Below, one piece after another: positions 50,693-60,422 of a DNA stretch of 64,000 bases. How positions within the stretch are numbered: position 1 is the first letter of the stretch; every line of letters starts with the position of its first letter. The notes under the pieces were generated by a model that was not told the DNA's origin, did not search any database, and saw only the letters and a program-made list of their open reading frames with translations. This stretch comes from Fibrobacterales bacterium (GTDB taxonomy: Bacteria > Fibrobacterota > Fibrobacteria > Fibrobacterales > JAOPTW01). The DNA lies in contig JAOPTX010000004.1 in the NCBI GenBank assembly GCA_051532055.1, positions 94,930 through 158,929 on the forward strand. Reading direction: 5' to 3'. The position numbers and the translations under genes are program-made.

Positions 50693-52309
50693 ATGGCACA
50701 AAGAATTGTAATTATTGGTGGGCTCTCAGCAGGACCCGCAGCTGCAGCAAAAGCTCGAAGAATGAGTGAGTCGGCGGAGATACTATTATTTGAGAAAGAT
50801 ACTGCAATTAGTTATGCAACCTGCGGGATGCCGTATGCATTATCCAAAAAAATAGCACAACGTGAAAACTTAATTGTGGTAAAGCCTGAACTGCTTGAAC
50901 AGCGTTTTAATATAAAAATGCATTTAGGAGAAGAGGTCATCAAGGTTGATCCGGTGGGGAAGTTTATTACAACTCCTCAAGGGCAGTATTCCTATGATAC
51001 ATTGATCTTTGCTACGGGGGCTCGTCCTGTCCTTCCACCAATTGAAGGAATTAAAGAGGCTGCTAATAAATCATTTTTAAGAACTCTTGACGATTTTGAT
51101 CGACTCATGGGTAAGGATGGTCTTGTCAGTGCACAGAAAGTAACAATATTGGGTGCGGGTCTAATTGGTGTAGAGATTGCAGAAAATTTACGTCATATTG
51201 GTAAAGAAGTCGTTATTGTTGAAGGTACACAACAGATACTTCCTATGTATTCTGAAGAATTTGCATTGCTTGCTGAAGAGGTGTTGGTGAAAGAAGGAAT
51301 ACGTGTAGAGACCGGACAATTTGCAACAACTTTTAATGGTAAAATATTGACTCTTCAAGATGGAACTGAAATTGAGACTGACTATCTCATGCTTTCTACA
51401 GGAATAAAACCGGTGACCGAACTGCTAACAGAGCATGGTGCAGAGGTATTGGGCAATGGCGCTCTTATTGTAAATGACCAAATGCAGACATCACTCCCAG
51501 ATATATATGCTGCAGGAGATTGTGTTGCTATACCAAATCCTCTTACGAAAAAGCCCGGATACTTTCCATTGGGGACTCACTCAAATAAAGGGGGACGCAC
51601 AGCAGCGATTAATGCTACAGGTGGTTCAGCTCACTATAAAGGTGGGTATGGTACAGCAATAGTACAAGTATTTGATTATACCCTTGCCCGCACAGGTTTG
51701 TCTTCGAAGGAGATCTATGATAGTAGTTACAATCCAGAGTCGAGCTTTATTTATGCAGGGGCAACACCTGGGTATTATCCTGGTAAGGAGGAGATAGCTC
51801 TCGAAATAATTTTTGATAAAAAATCAGGAAAGCTACTTTCTGCAGAAGCATGGGGTAAAAAAGGTGTTGATAAACGGATAGATGTATTGTCTACCGCACT
51901 GTATGCAGGTCTAACCATAGATGATCTTCATGATTTAGATTTAGCCTATGCACCACCATTTTCGCCGGCAAAAGATCCCATTGTTGTTGCAGGCTATGTT
52001 GCTTCAAATCAAAATACTTTTGGCTACCGATCACTCACGCCAAATGAATTTATGTTCGAAAGCACATTAGATGAGGCATTTGTCGTTGATGTCCGCACGG
52101 CTCATGAGTTTGAAAGGGGGGCAATTGAAGGAGCTAAAAACATACCGCTTGATAATTTAAGAGACCATCTCATTGAACTTCCGAAAGACTTAGATATACT
52201 TGTTTATTGTCAAAAAGGAATGCGTGGCTATATTGCATCTCAAATATTAGCAAACGAGGGTTTTAATGTTAAAAATCTTGCAGGGGGGTACGGAAGACTC
52301 AAGTTATAA
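50693..52309 (+). CDS. CoA-disulfide/persulfide reductase with C-terminal rhodanese domain
   Basis: IIGGLSAG, SYATCGMPY redox Cys, GAGLIG, IYAAGD, DKRIDV, LAYAPPFS, VYCQKGMRGY. Confidence 0.92.
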   Translation: MAQRIVIIGGLSAGPAAAAKARRMSESAEILLFEKDTAISYATCGMPYALSKKIAQRENLIVVKPELLEQRFNIKMHLGEEVIKVDPVGKFITTPQGQYSYDTLIFATGARPVLPPIEGIKEAANKSFLRTLDDFDRLMGKDGLVSAQKVTILGAGLIGVEIAENLRHIGKEVVIVEGTQQILPMYSEEFALLAEEVLVKEGIRVETGQFATTFNGKILTLQDGTEIETDYLMLSTGIKPVTELLTEHGAEVLGNGALIVNDQMQTSLPDIYAAGDCVAIPNPLTKKPGYFPLGTHSNKGGRTAAINATGGSAHYKGGYGTAIVQVFDYTLARTGLSSKEIYDSSYNPESSFIYAGATPGYYPGKEEIALEIIFDKKSGKLLSAEAWGKKGVDKRIDVLSTALYAGLTIDDLHDLDLAYAPPFSPAKDPIVVAGYVASNQNTFGYRSLTPNEFMFESTLDEAFVVDVRTAHEFERGAIEGAKNIPLDNLRDHLIELPKDLDILVYCQKGMRGYIASQILANEGFNVKNLAGGYGRLKL

Positions 52310-52359
52310 AAATTAAGAGTACCGGTAAAATTCACCCATGGTGCAGAGTGGTAGTTTTG

Positions 52360-52393
52360 AGTCTGAAATCAATCATTTGGTTTCAGACTTTTT
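52360..52393 (+). terminator. Probable intrinsic terminator
   Basis: agtctgaaatcaa-tcat-ttggtttcagact followed by T-run. Confidence 0.65.
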
Positions 52394-52427
52394 ATATATT
52401 TAACCTATACACCTCATTTGGACCACT

Positions 52428-52613
52428 ATGTCTCAGTTACCTTGGATTCTTAAGTTGATCGGTATTATTATTCTTGCCGGATCGTTTCTCTATACAGATT
52501 TGATAGCCATGTTTAATCTACCTGCAGGAGGGCGTATGCCTTTGTTTGGATTTGGGGTCGTTCTTTATTTAGCCGGTGCAATCATGCATGCAGTGAGACG
52601 GTATAAAAAATGA
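52428..52613 (+). CDS. Small two-TM membrane protein
   Basis: 61 aa, two hydrophobic helices, basic tail; ATGA overlap with next gene. Confidence 0.65.
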   Translation: MSQLPWILKLIGIIILAGSFLYTDLIAMFNLPAGGRMPLFGFGVVLYLAGAIMHAVRRYKK

Positions 52614-53353
52614 TCGAAATAAAGGATCTTCGAAAAACTTGGAAGCAGGACCTTTTTAAGAAACCACATGAGGTTCTTAAAGGGGTAACGTTTTCGGTTC
52701 ATAAAGGAGATCTTTTTGGGTTTATTGGTCCAAATGGAGCAGGTAAATCTACAACAATAAAATCTCTGCTTGGGTTAATACGATACGATTCGGGTATTGC
52801 AACCTTGTTTGGAGAAAAAACTTTTTCAAAATCAGTTGCACAGCAAGTAGGATATCTTCCTGAGCATCCCTATTTTTATAGCTATCTAACTGGACGAGAA
52901 TTACTCGCATTTTATGCCGAGTTACATGGAATAGGTCTGAATGATCGAAATGACCGAATTACAGAGGTTGCAGCCGAGTTACATATTGGTGATCATTGGA
53001 TTGATACTCCTTTAAAAACCTACTCTAAAGGGATGGTTCAAAAAATAGGTATAGCTCAGGCAATACTTCATAAACCATCTCTTTTAATTCTAGATGAGCC
53101 GATGAGTGGTCTTGATCCTGTGGCCCGTCGATTGGTGCGTGACCTTCTGGTTACGCTAAATCAACAAGGTACTACTATCTTTTATTCCAGTCACATTTTA
53201 CATGATGTTGAATCTGTTTCAAATCGTATTGCCCTATTAGTTGATGGGACAGTACGAGCAGCAGGGACTATCAGTGATTTGATTGATAAGACGACATCGA
53301 GAAATTCTCTCGAAGAATTGTTACTTCAGGAGGTCAGTTCCATTGGTTATTAA
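52610..53353 (+). CDS. ABC transporter ATP-binding protein (PilH-like)
   Basis: GPNGAGKST, GYLPEHPYFY, YSKGM, LILDEPMSGLDP, SSH. Confidence 0.92.
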   Translation: MIEIKDLRKTWKQDLFKKPHEVLKGVTFSVHKGDLFGFIGPNGAGKSTTIKSLLGLIRYDSGIATLFGEKTFSKSVAQQVGYLPEHPYFYSYLTGRELLAFYAELHGIGLNDRNDRITEVAAELHIGDHWIDTPLKTYSKGMVQKIGIAQAILHKPSLLILDEPMSGLDPVARRLVRDLLVTLNQQGTTIFYSSHILHDVESVSNRIALLVDGTVRAAGTISDLIDKTTSRNSLEELLLQEVSSIGY

Positions 53354-54128
53354 TACAATTGCAAAGAACACATTTCGTGAACACATTAGAAATAGAGTGT
53401 TGTATGTCATTGGCGCTATCGCACTATTTCTCATAGGCTTTGCACATGTCCTTGGAGATTGGGCTATTTTTAATCGCGTCTATGTCGTTACCTCGTTTAC
53501 GCTTAGTGTGATGTCACTCAGTGGGTTACTGATCTCGATATTTATAGGCGTTGGCCTTGTACATACAGAATTAGAAAAGCATACCCTTTATACGATTGTA
53601 ACGAAACCTGTTTCGAGAACACAGTTTCTTTTGGGCAAATATATTGGCTTACTGTATATTATTGCATGCCATCTAACAGTGCTCTCAATGGCTTTTATAA
53701 TTGCAGTGTTACTTTCAGGAGGTGCAATAACGGTAGAGCATCTTTGGGTTCTTGTATTGAAAGGGTCGGAGATGGCTTTAGTCATAGCGATTGCTTTGTT
53801 TTTCTCTACTTTTTCGAGCACGGCTCTGAGTGCATTTTTCACCTTCAGCTTATACGTCGCAGGACAAACACTTCCATCAGTATTGGAACAGATAGCCTTT
53901 ACCAAAAAAATAGGTTCAGCTCATTATTCTGAGGTACAAGATTCTATCGCTCATTTGCTTCACGCTATTGTGCCTGACTTTACATTATTTAATCGGTCTC
54001 ATGAATTGATACATGCCATACCACTGAGTTTTTGCGATGTGAGTACTGCGTTCTGTTATGGGCTGTTGTATAGTATTCTGCTCCTAGCTGGAGCGGCATT
54101 CTGGTTTCACAGAAAAGAGTTTATTTGA
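53343..54128 (+). CDS. ABC-2 type permease (PilI-like)
   Basis: TTG start after AGGAGG; IAKNTFRE.IRNRVLY, TLYTIVTKPVSR.QFLLGKY, about 6 TMs. Confidence 0.85.
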   Translation: MVINTIAKNTFREHIRNRVLYVIGAIALFLIGFAHVLGDWAIFNRVYVVTSFTLSVMSLSGLLISIFIGVGLVHTELEKHTLYTIVTKPVSRTQFLLGKYIGLLYIIACHLTVLSMAFIIAVLLSGGAITVEHLWVLVLKGSEMALVIAIALFFSTFSSTALSAFFTFSLYVAGQTLPSVLEQIAFTKKIGSAHYSEVQDSIAHLLHAIVPDFTLFNRSHELIHAIPLSFCDVSTAFCYGLLYSILLLAGAAFWFHRKEFI

Positions 54129-56563
54129 GGATTACTATGTTGAATAGATCAGATAGGAGTTTTATTAGCCTTCAAAAAACCCTACTAACAATTTTTTTAT
54201 TCTGTTCTATAGGGAATAGTAAGGTAGTTCTCAATACCACAGATGCCTCTCGAGGCAAACTGTACGAAACTGTTGAAGAGAGTGCCGTCACTCATAATAC
54301 TTCTAATAAAAATAGTGCGAATGAGAGTGATTTCAGTGAAGTTGAGGAGTTAAGCGATGGAGTGCCGATTCGTCCAGGCCTTTTTTTAAGTGGTGGATAT
54401 GAAGAGTGCGCGCTTCATATTGGGATACTTAAGACTATTGAGACGTATAAAATCCCCATTGATTATGTGTATGGATCATCATGGGGGGGGCTTATTGCTG
54501 CATTATGGGCGTCAGGGCATAGTGCTGATTCAATAGCAGTATTTCTGGATAGACCAGAGATTATAGAGATTATGAAGGGTGATAGTGATGAGGGATTTCT
54601 ACAATATAGCGCTCCTTTTGGTGTTATGGGTATTCAACAACGGTATAGCTTCATTAGTGATGGCGCCACAAAAAAAACTCTTGTAAAAACTAATAGAACG
54701 AGTGGTAGAGATGCGATACTCGCAGAATTAATAGCAGAAAAAATAGTTCCTTTCTTTTATGAGAAGGGTAGTTCCTATGATTCACTTAGAGTTCCATTAA
54801 GAATTATTACTTCAGATGTACAGACAAAGAAGCCTCATATTCATAAAAGTGGAAATATTTCAAAAGCTATTTTAGCCACACTTTCAAATATTGACCACGG
54901 TGAATTGTACTCTTTTAATAAAAATGAGGTTACCAATGGTCTTGTTTATGCTCGTTTTGTTCCCGATTTTATTTTGGAAGAACATGAAGTTAATTGGCTT
55001 ATAGCTGTAGATGCAAGTCCGGCAAAAATAACGGGTATTAATAGCCAATCTGGGAAAGAACGCTATTTCAGAACTATACATGGATCGCAAGTAACAGGGG
55101 ACCTTTACTATAGTGATAATGTTTTAAAGGTTCAGCCTTCTGCTTATTCTGGCCATGAATCTTTTAAAGCTATTATAGATAAAGGTGCAGCACTCATGAA
55201 GAGTAAAATGGATGCTCTATTTTTGGTGTATGGTGGGGAGTTCACACATAAAGAGTATACACCTTTGAGTCTCTCAGCTGTATCAAAGACGTTTAAATTT
55301 AATCAACTGCATCTCAATACACTAGAGCCTCAATTTCATAGTTATGTGCATTATCTTTTGAGTTTTTATCCTCTTACTATTACCGGGAGTCACTTGAAAG
55401 GAATGGTAGGGGATCTTCACCGGTCTTCCTACTATTCATATCCACACCTCAGTTTATTTGAAAGTATCGATTCAGGTACCGTTGATATAGAAGTAGCCGC
55501 CAAAGTCCAAGACGAACTTACCCTTACGGGCGGGTTATTTGGTGGGTCATTTTTATATCCCCATGCGTATGGCGCGGTGAGTTATGGAAGTGTAAATCAT
55601 TTTCAATACACTGTAGCTCTTCAGGGGTGGATTGGGAATTTTGTTCAAGGCATGAGGGGAGCTGCTTCTTTTTATGCATTAGGAGGAGCGCCGTTCTTTT
55701 TTAAATTGTCGCAGTTTTATCAAAATATTGAGTATCAATCTCTAATGGGGGCCCTCGCAATTGAGAGAAATATATTGAAAGAAGAACGGGATTCTTTACA
55801 TGTGTTGGTAGGGTATGAATCCTCTCATAAAGGTTTCTTATATGCAGATATGTTTTTTGATAATTCATTGTTTACCATTACTGACTCTGATACTTTGAAA
55901 GAGGTGAAAGTAACAGCATTTGAGTTTGGGCTTGGAGGATTATTCAATACACTGAATGATGGAGAATTCTCTACTGGTGGTATATACATAGACCTTTCTG
56001 GGCATTTTAAAGCTGAGGGTTTTCCTGAGGTTATTGGTTCTTCAGCTCCTTTACATGTTGAGGGTGCTGGTCGGTTTCGCAGATATTGCTCCCCGCGATC
56101 GTGGCTACATCTTGGCTTTGGAGGGAGTGGTGCTGTGGACGTTGACTATAAACAATTTGGTAAAATTCCGGAACCATTTACTGCAACCTTTTCAGAGTCT
56201 GACACCTTTTCAAAAATAGTCGAAAAAGATACCGTTATGAGTCGGCGATTTAAACCTACTATGAATACAACACTCCGAGCGCAGTATGGGTATGATCCCC
56301 GTTTTGCAAGCTGGGGATTTGTGAATAGTTTTTTTACAACAGGGGTATCGTGGAACTATCTGAGCAGTTGGATTCGTTTACATACTATGCACTCCTTTGA
56401 TAATGGAGGAGAGTATCTTGATGGATTTCACTCTCTCTTTATTTTTGAAACAGTACTACGATTTAAAGTGCGTTCAATTGAATTGACACTCTTTAGCGAA
56501 AGTCAGTTTGATACAGAAATTGAACATTTAATTGGATTTCAAGTCGGGACATTCCCGTTTTAG
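54125..56563 (+). CDS. Exported patatin-like domain fused to a probable outer-membrane beta-barrel
   Basis: GLFLSGG...HIGILK, PIDYVYGSSWGG.IAALWASG; C-terminal amphipathic strands ending in Phe. Confidence 0.75.
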   Translation: MRITMLNRSDRSFISLQKTLLTIFLFCSIGNSKVVLNTTDASRGKLYETVEESAVTHNTSNKNSANESDFSEVEELSDGVPIRPGLFLSGGYEECALHIGILKTIETYKIPIDYVYGSSWGGLIAALWASGHSADSIAVFLDRPEIIEIMKGDSDEGFLQYSAPFGVMGIQQRYSFISDGATKKTLVKTNRTSGRDAILAELIAEKIVPFFYEKGSSYDSLRVPLRIITSDVQTKKPHIHKSGNISKAILATLSNIDHGELYSFNKNEVTNGLVYARFVPDFILEEHEVNWLIAVDASPAKITGINSQSGKERYFRTIHGSQVTGDLYYSDNVLKVQPSAYSGHESFKAIIDKGAALMKSKMDALFLVYGGEFTHKEYTPLSLSAVSKTFKFNQLHLNTLEPQFHSYVHYLLSFYPLTITGSHLKGMVGDLHRSSYYSYPHLSLFESIDSGTVDIEVAAKVQDELTLTGGLFGGSFLYPHAYGAVSYGSVNHFQYTVALQGWIGNFVQGMRGAASFYALGGAPFFFKLSQFYQNIEYQSLMGALAIERNILKEERDSLHVLVGYESSHKGFLYADMFFDNSLFTITDSDTLKEVKVTAFEFGLGGLFNTLNDGEFSTGGIYIDLSGHFKAEGFPEVIGSSAPLHVEGAGRFRRYCSPRSWLHLGFGGSGAVDVDYKQFGKIPEPFTATFSESDTFSKIVEKDTVMSRRFKPTMNTTLRAQYGYDPRFASWGFVNSFFTTGVSWNYLSSWIRLHTMHSFDNGGEYLDGFHSLFIFETVLRFKVRSIELTLFSESQFDTEIEHLIGFQVGTFPF

Positions 56564-56644
56564 ATTTTTTTTAGGCAAAAAAATGACAAAAAAACCTTTT
56601 TGATGGTTTATAATCATAGTGGCATGGTATACTGATAGTATAGT

Positions 56645-58591
56645 ATGAGACATATTGATTTAGTTATAAACAGCGAAGGGACAAAAGTTGTCTGTAAAAG
56701 TGTTGCGCCAGGAACCAGTGTTGCTGATTTTCTTGATCGATTACAAGACCTTCAAATTCGAGAAGGATTTTCTAATGATTCATTACAGGATATAATTGAA
56801 CGGATAGATGCTGGGGGAGTAATTGAGCAGGATGTTCTTGTTGCTGAAGTTCCCTCTATTCAGGTAACATTGGCTATTACGGACACTCTACTTTCTTCTG
56901 ATGAAGTGAACCAGCTTGGAACGGAATTGAGACGAGTCTATAAGTCACTTATGAGTGATGATGGCAAAAAGAAAGCTGATTTTGTCTACTATCTTACTGG
57001 TCAAACGCCCTTTATTACCATTGGTAAAAGTCGGAAAAATGTGTATGGAATGGAAGTCATGGTTGATCTCGATAGTGATTTCTTACAGATAGACCCCGAT
57101 GCATTTTCTGTTGATGAGCTGAGTGCTGTATACCAGCTTGTATCAAAAAAAGAGGGTTACGGGGTGCTGAATGATAGGTTGCATCTCAATATCATTGAAC
57201 CGACGCTCATTAATGATGCTGAGACCGAAATGCATTATTATTTTCATCCGGCAGATTTTGGTCAGCAGAAACTCATACAGAGTTTTTTTAATAAAGCTGA
57301 AGAGGGTGTGTCGACTCTTGACCAAGGTGAAATTACTGCATTGCTTAAAGAAAACCTGTCTAAAAAAGTACTCTGTCGAAAAAGACGAGAATCGGTTCCA
57401 GGTCAAAATGGTAGAGTAGTGGTTCACTATATTCCTCCACGAGAACGAGATGTAGAGAATGATACAAAAGTAGATCATAAGGCATGGTCTCAATTCGACA
57501 TGGTGTTTAAGGGCGAGATACTCTGTGAAAAACTGCCAGTTATAGAGGGAGTGGCTGGGGTTGATGTTATGGGGAATGTAATTCCTGTTGAACCGGTTGT
57601 GGATTGTGAGTTTACAGCGGGTGAAAATGTATTGATTGAAGAGCGCGAAAAATCGACTCTTTATAGAGCTGAAAAAGATGGGATTGTTACGATACAGGAA
57701 CATGGATGTAGTATCAATACTAACTTACAAGTAGATGAGGTATCTCAAGAAACCGGAAATATAACCTTTGATCACTCGGTTGTTATAAAAAAAGATGTTA
57801 AAGAAGGCTTTTCAATTACGACAAAAGAAGATTGCATTATCGGCGGGAATGTCGAGAATGGTGCAATAATAGAATGTGGCGGGAATTTAATTGTAAAGCG
57901 TGGTATTTTTGGTGATCAAACAATTGTTAAGGTGAAAGGCAATGCTGAAATAGGCTTTATACAAGAGAGCACCATTTCGGTAGATAAAAATATAATGGTG
58001 GATGGTTTTGTTTATCATGCAAAAATTTTTGCCGGTGAAAATATTGAGGTGAGTGGCAAAAAAATTGTGGGTGATAATAAAGGGAGTGTTATAGGGGGAG
58101 TATTAAATGCTTTTCATTCAATTACCATTCATTCGGTAGGTTCTCATTCAACAAAAACGGAGCTCTTTGCTGGGGTCAACATTGAAAATCTTAGGAACAT
58201 GTATAATCTTCGTGAAAGCGTAACGTTTTGTGATACGCAGGTAGATAAATTTAAAATGTTCCAAGGGGTGGACCTGATGTCCAAAGAGGCTGCTGTGAAA
58301 GTGGCGCAGATGAATACATCTGCAAAACAATTTGTAAAAACAGCATTAGAAAATATAAAAAAAATTCTTGCGAAAAAAAAAGAGCTCCAAAATGCTATGT
58401 CTATAATTGAAGGTCAGGTGTTTCATCCGCAATCTGATTCGTGTGAAATAGAAATTATAAATCAAATTATACCTGATGTACATCTCCGTATTAGTACAGG
58501 ACAATCAGTAATAAAAGGGAAAGATAAGGGAAGAAGTTATGCCTATGTGAATGGGCAGATCATTGCTCGAACAGTTATTAATAAAAAGTAA
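56645..58591 (+). CDS. FapA (DUF342) family protein
   Basis: G.DVMG..IPV, AEKDG, VSQETGNITF, beta-helix-like repeats, IGG...A, T.L.AG, coiled-coil tail. Confidence 0.85.
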   Translation: MRHIDLVINSEGTKVVCKSVAPGTSVADFLDRLQDLQIREGFSNDSLQDIIERIDAGGVIEQDVLVAEVPSIQVTLAITDTLLSSDEVNQLGTELRRVYKSLMSDDGKKKADFVYYLTGQTPFITIGKSRKNVYGMEVMVDLDSDFLQIDPDAFSVDELSAVYQLVSKKEGYGVLNDRLHLNIIEPTLINDAETEMHYYFHPADFGQQKLIQSFFNKAEEGVSTLDQGEITALLKENLSKKVLCRKRRESVPGQNGRVVVHYIPPRERDVENDTKVDHKAWSQFDMVFKGEILCEKLPVIEGVAGVDVMGNVIPVEPVVDCEFTAGENVLIEEREKSTLYRAEKDGIVTIQEHGCSINTNLQVDEVSQETGNITFDHSVVIKKDVKEGFSITTKEDCIIGGNVENGAIIECGGNLIVKRGIFGDQTIVKVKGNAEIGFIQESTISVDKNIMVDGFVYHAKIFAGENIEVSGKKIVGDNKGSVIGGVLNAFHSITIHSVGSHSTKTELFAGVNIENLRNMYNLRESVTFCDTQVDKFKMFQGVDLMSKEAAVKVAQMNTSAKQFVKTALENIKKILAKKKELQNAMSIIEGQVFHPQSDSCEIEIINQIIPDVHLRISTGQSVIKGKDKGRSYAYVNGQIIARTVINKK

Positions 58592-58615
58592 TGTTTTATA
58601 ATTAAGTTGGGTGCC

Positions 58616-59512
58616 ATGAATACGAATGATCTTCTTGAAACGAATAGACTGCTTACAGAAAAGGTAAGAGCGCTTGAAGAAGGGACTCAATATATGCAAC
58701 AAATGCAGATGCAGATGGTGCAAAATGAGAGACTGATTGCTATTGGTCAATTAGCAGCTGGAGTTGCGCACGAAATTAATAACCCCTTAAGTTTTGTTAC
58801 TCTCAATATTGATCATCTATCTGAATATGTACTGCAGATTCAAAACCTTGCAAAGGTATGGAGTACGAATGAAAGAGAGCCTTCTCTGAAAGATGTATCT
58901 CAATATGCTCCATTAGTTGGCTCTGCGGGTGATTTACAAACATTACTGAGTGAAACACAAGAGGGGATTGAACGAATAAGGGAGATTGTACAAAGCCTAC
59001 GAGGCTTTTCACGAGTGGATACTGGCGATGGTGTTGTAGAAAATAATATTAATGAGGGTATGCAGTCAACACTCGTTGTGGTACAACATCAAATTAAGCA
59101 TGCAGCGGACGTCGAAGTGTACCTTGGTGATATTCCCCTTGTACCCTGTAATCTTGGTGAAATTAATCAGGTTTTTCTCAATGTTTTAGTTAATGCGGTA
59201 GCTGCTATTCAGAGTAGTCCTCATGAGCGGGGGCGTATTGGAGTAAGAACTTTTGTACGAAATGAGAGTGTGGTGTGTGAAATAGAAAATAATGGCGACT
59301 CCATAGAAGAAAATATAGTTAAAAAAATATTCGACCCTTTTTTTACTACCAAGCGAGTAGGTGAGGGGACTGGATTGGGACTGAGTATTTCACATGATAT
59401 TATTGTAAATAAGCATAACGGATCGCTCTATGTTGATCGTTCTTTTAGCGAGGGAGTTCGTTTCGTAATTGAGCTTCCTATTGGAAAAATTCACCTGTTA
59501 GAAAGGGAATGA
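58616..59512 (+). CDS. Cytoplasmic NtrB-like histidine kinase without a sensor domain
   Basis: IGQLAAGVAHEINNPL, QVFLNVLVNA, IFDPFFTTK.VGEGTGLGLSIS; short coiled-coil N-terminus. Confidence 0.92.
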   Translation: MNTNDLLETNRLLTEKVRALEEGTQYMQQMQMQMVQNERLIAIGQLAAGVAHEINNPLSFVTLNIDHLSEYVLQIQNLAKVWSTNEREPSLKDVSQYAPLVGSAGDLQTLLSETQEGIERIREIVQSLRGFSRVDTGDGVVENNINEGMQSTLVVVQHQIKHAADVEVYLGDIPLVPCNLGEINQVFLNVLVNAVAAIQSSPHERGRIGVRTFVRNESVVCEIENNGDSIEENIVKKIFDPFFTTKRVGEGTGLGLSISHDIIVNKHNGSLYVDRSFSEGVRFVIELPIGKIHLLERE

Positions 59513-59513
59513 A

Positions 59514-60422
59514 ATGAGAAGAGTATTGTTTGTTGATGATGAACAGAGTGTTTTGAATGCCCTGGAGAGGACCCTGGAACTTACTAACTATGTAGGTACT
59601 TTCTGTACAAGTACAGCAGAAGCACTGCAGTATCTTAAAAATGAACCATTTGGTTTGGTGATTTCGGATATGCGCATGCCCGAAATGGATGGGGTAACAT
59701 TTATTGTAGAGGCGCATACGATAAATCCACTGGCGATTAAGTTAGTACTTTCTGGGTATTCTGATGTAGAGTCAATTACTCAAGCGATAAACGAAGGTCA
59801 TGTGTGGCGTTATCTCTCAAAAGATTTAAAAAAAGAGGAACTCCTTCTGAATTTGAATAATGCATGGGAGTTGTATGAAGAGCGGAGTGGACGTGCACAG
59901 CTTCTTGAAGAGTTAAATAGAAAAAATCAAGAACTCGAAAATATGAATAATGTTTTAGAAGCAAAGGTTGCAGAGCGTACTTGGGAACTGAATGAGCGAT
60001 CCGAGATATTGAGCGAATTACTCGAAGGTGGAGCTGTAGAAGAATTACTTCAGAGAATTACCACTCTCGCAACTAAAATGTTTCATATTGATGAAATTTA
60101 TGTGTCGGTTCCATTCTTAAATAAGACATTTTCTAGCATCAATACTGAGAGTAGCGTGATTTTGGATACGCTGGCTAAAAATGCTTTTGTTAATCAAAAG
60201 GTGTCAGTAGATGGAGCGGTCGCAGCAATTCCACTAGAAAAATCGGGTAAACAATTGGGGGTATTGGTTGTAAATAATAAAGACCATATACCGGTGACTA
60301 ATATTCAAGAAAAGTTTGCGAGAATCGCAACGCTTATCAGTTTAGTATTATACCAACAGAAAGTAATAGTAGACACGCCTGAAACCCTTAAAAATATAGA
60401 TACCATACTGAGCGAGATGTAA
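59514..60422 (+). CDS. Response regulator (REC + coiled coil + GAF-like C-terminus)
   Basis: VLFVDDE, ISDMRMPEMDG, LSGYSD; LEAKVAERT helix; IPLEKSGKQLGVLVV. Confidence 0.88.
   Translation: MRRVLFVDDEQSVLNALERTLELTNYVGTFCTSTAEALQYLKNEPFGLVISDMRMPEMDGVTFIVEAHTINPLAIKLVLSGYSDVESITQAINEGHVWRYLSKDLKKEELLLNLNNAWELYEERSGRAQLLEELNRKNQELENMNNVLEAKVAERTWELNERSEILSELLEGGAVEELLQRITTLATKMFHIDEIYVSVPFLNKTFSSINTESSVILDTLAKNAFVNQKVSVDGAVAAIPLEKSGKQLGVLVVNNKDHIPVTNIQEKFARIATLISLVLYQQKVIVDTPETLKNIDTILSEM

Noticed and set aside
56620..56636. Sigma-54-like TGGCA upstream of the first FapA (also at 18663)
   Set aside because: GG-N10-GC spacing is not satisfied
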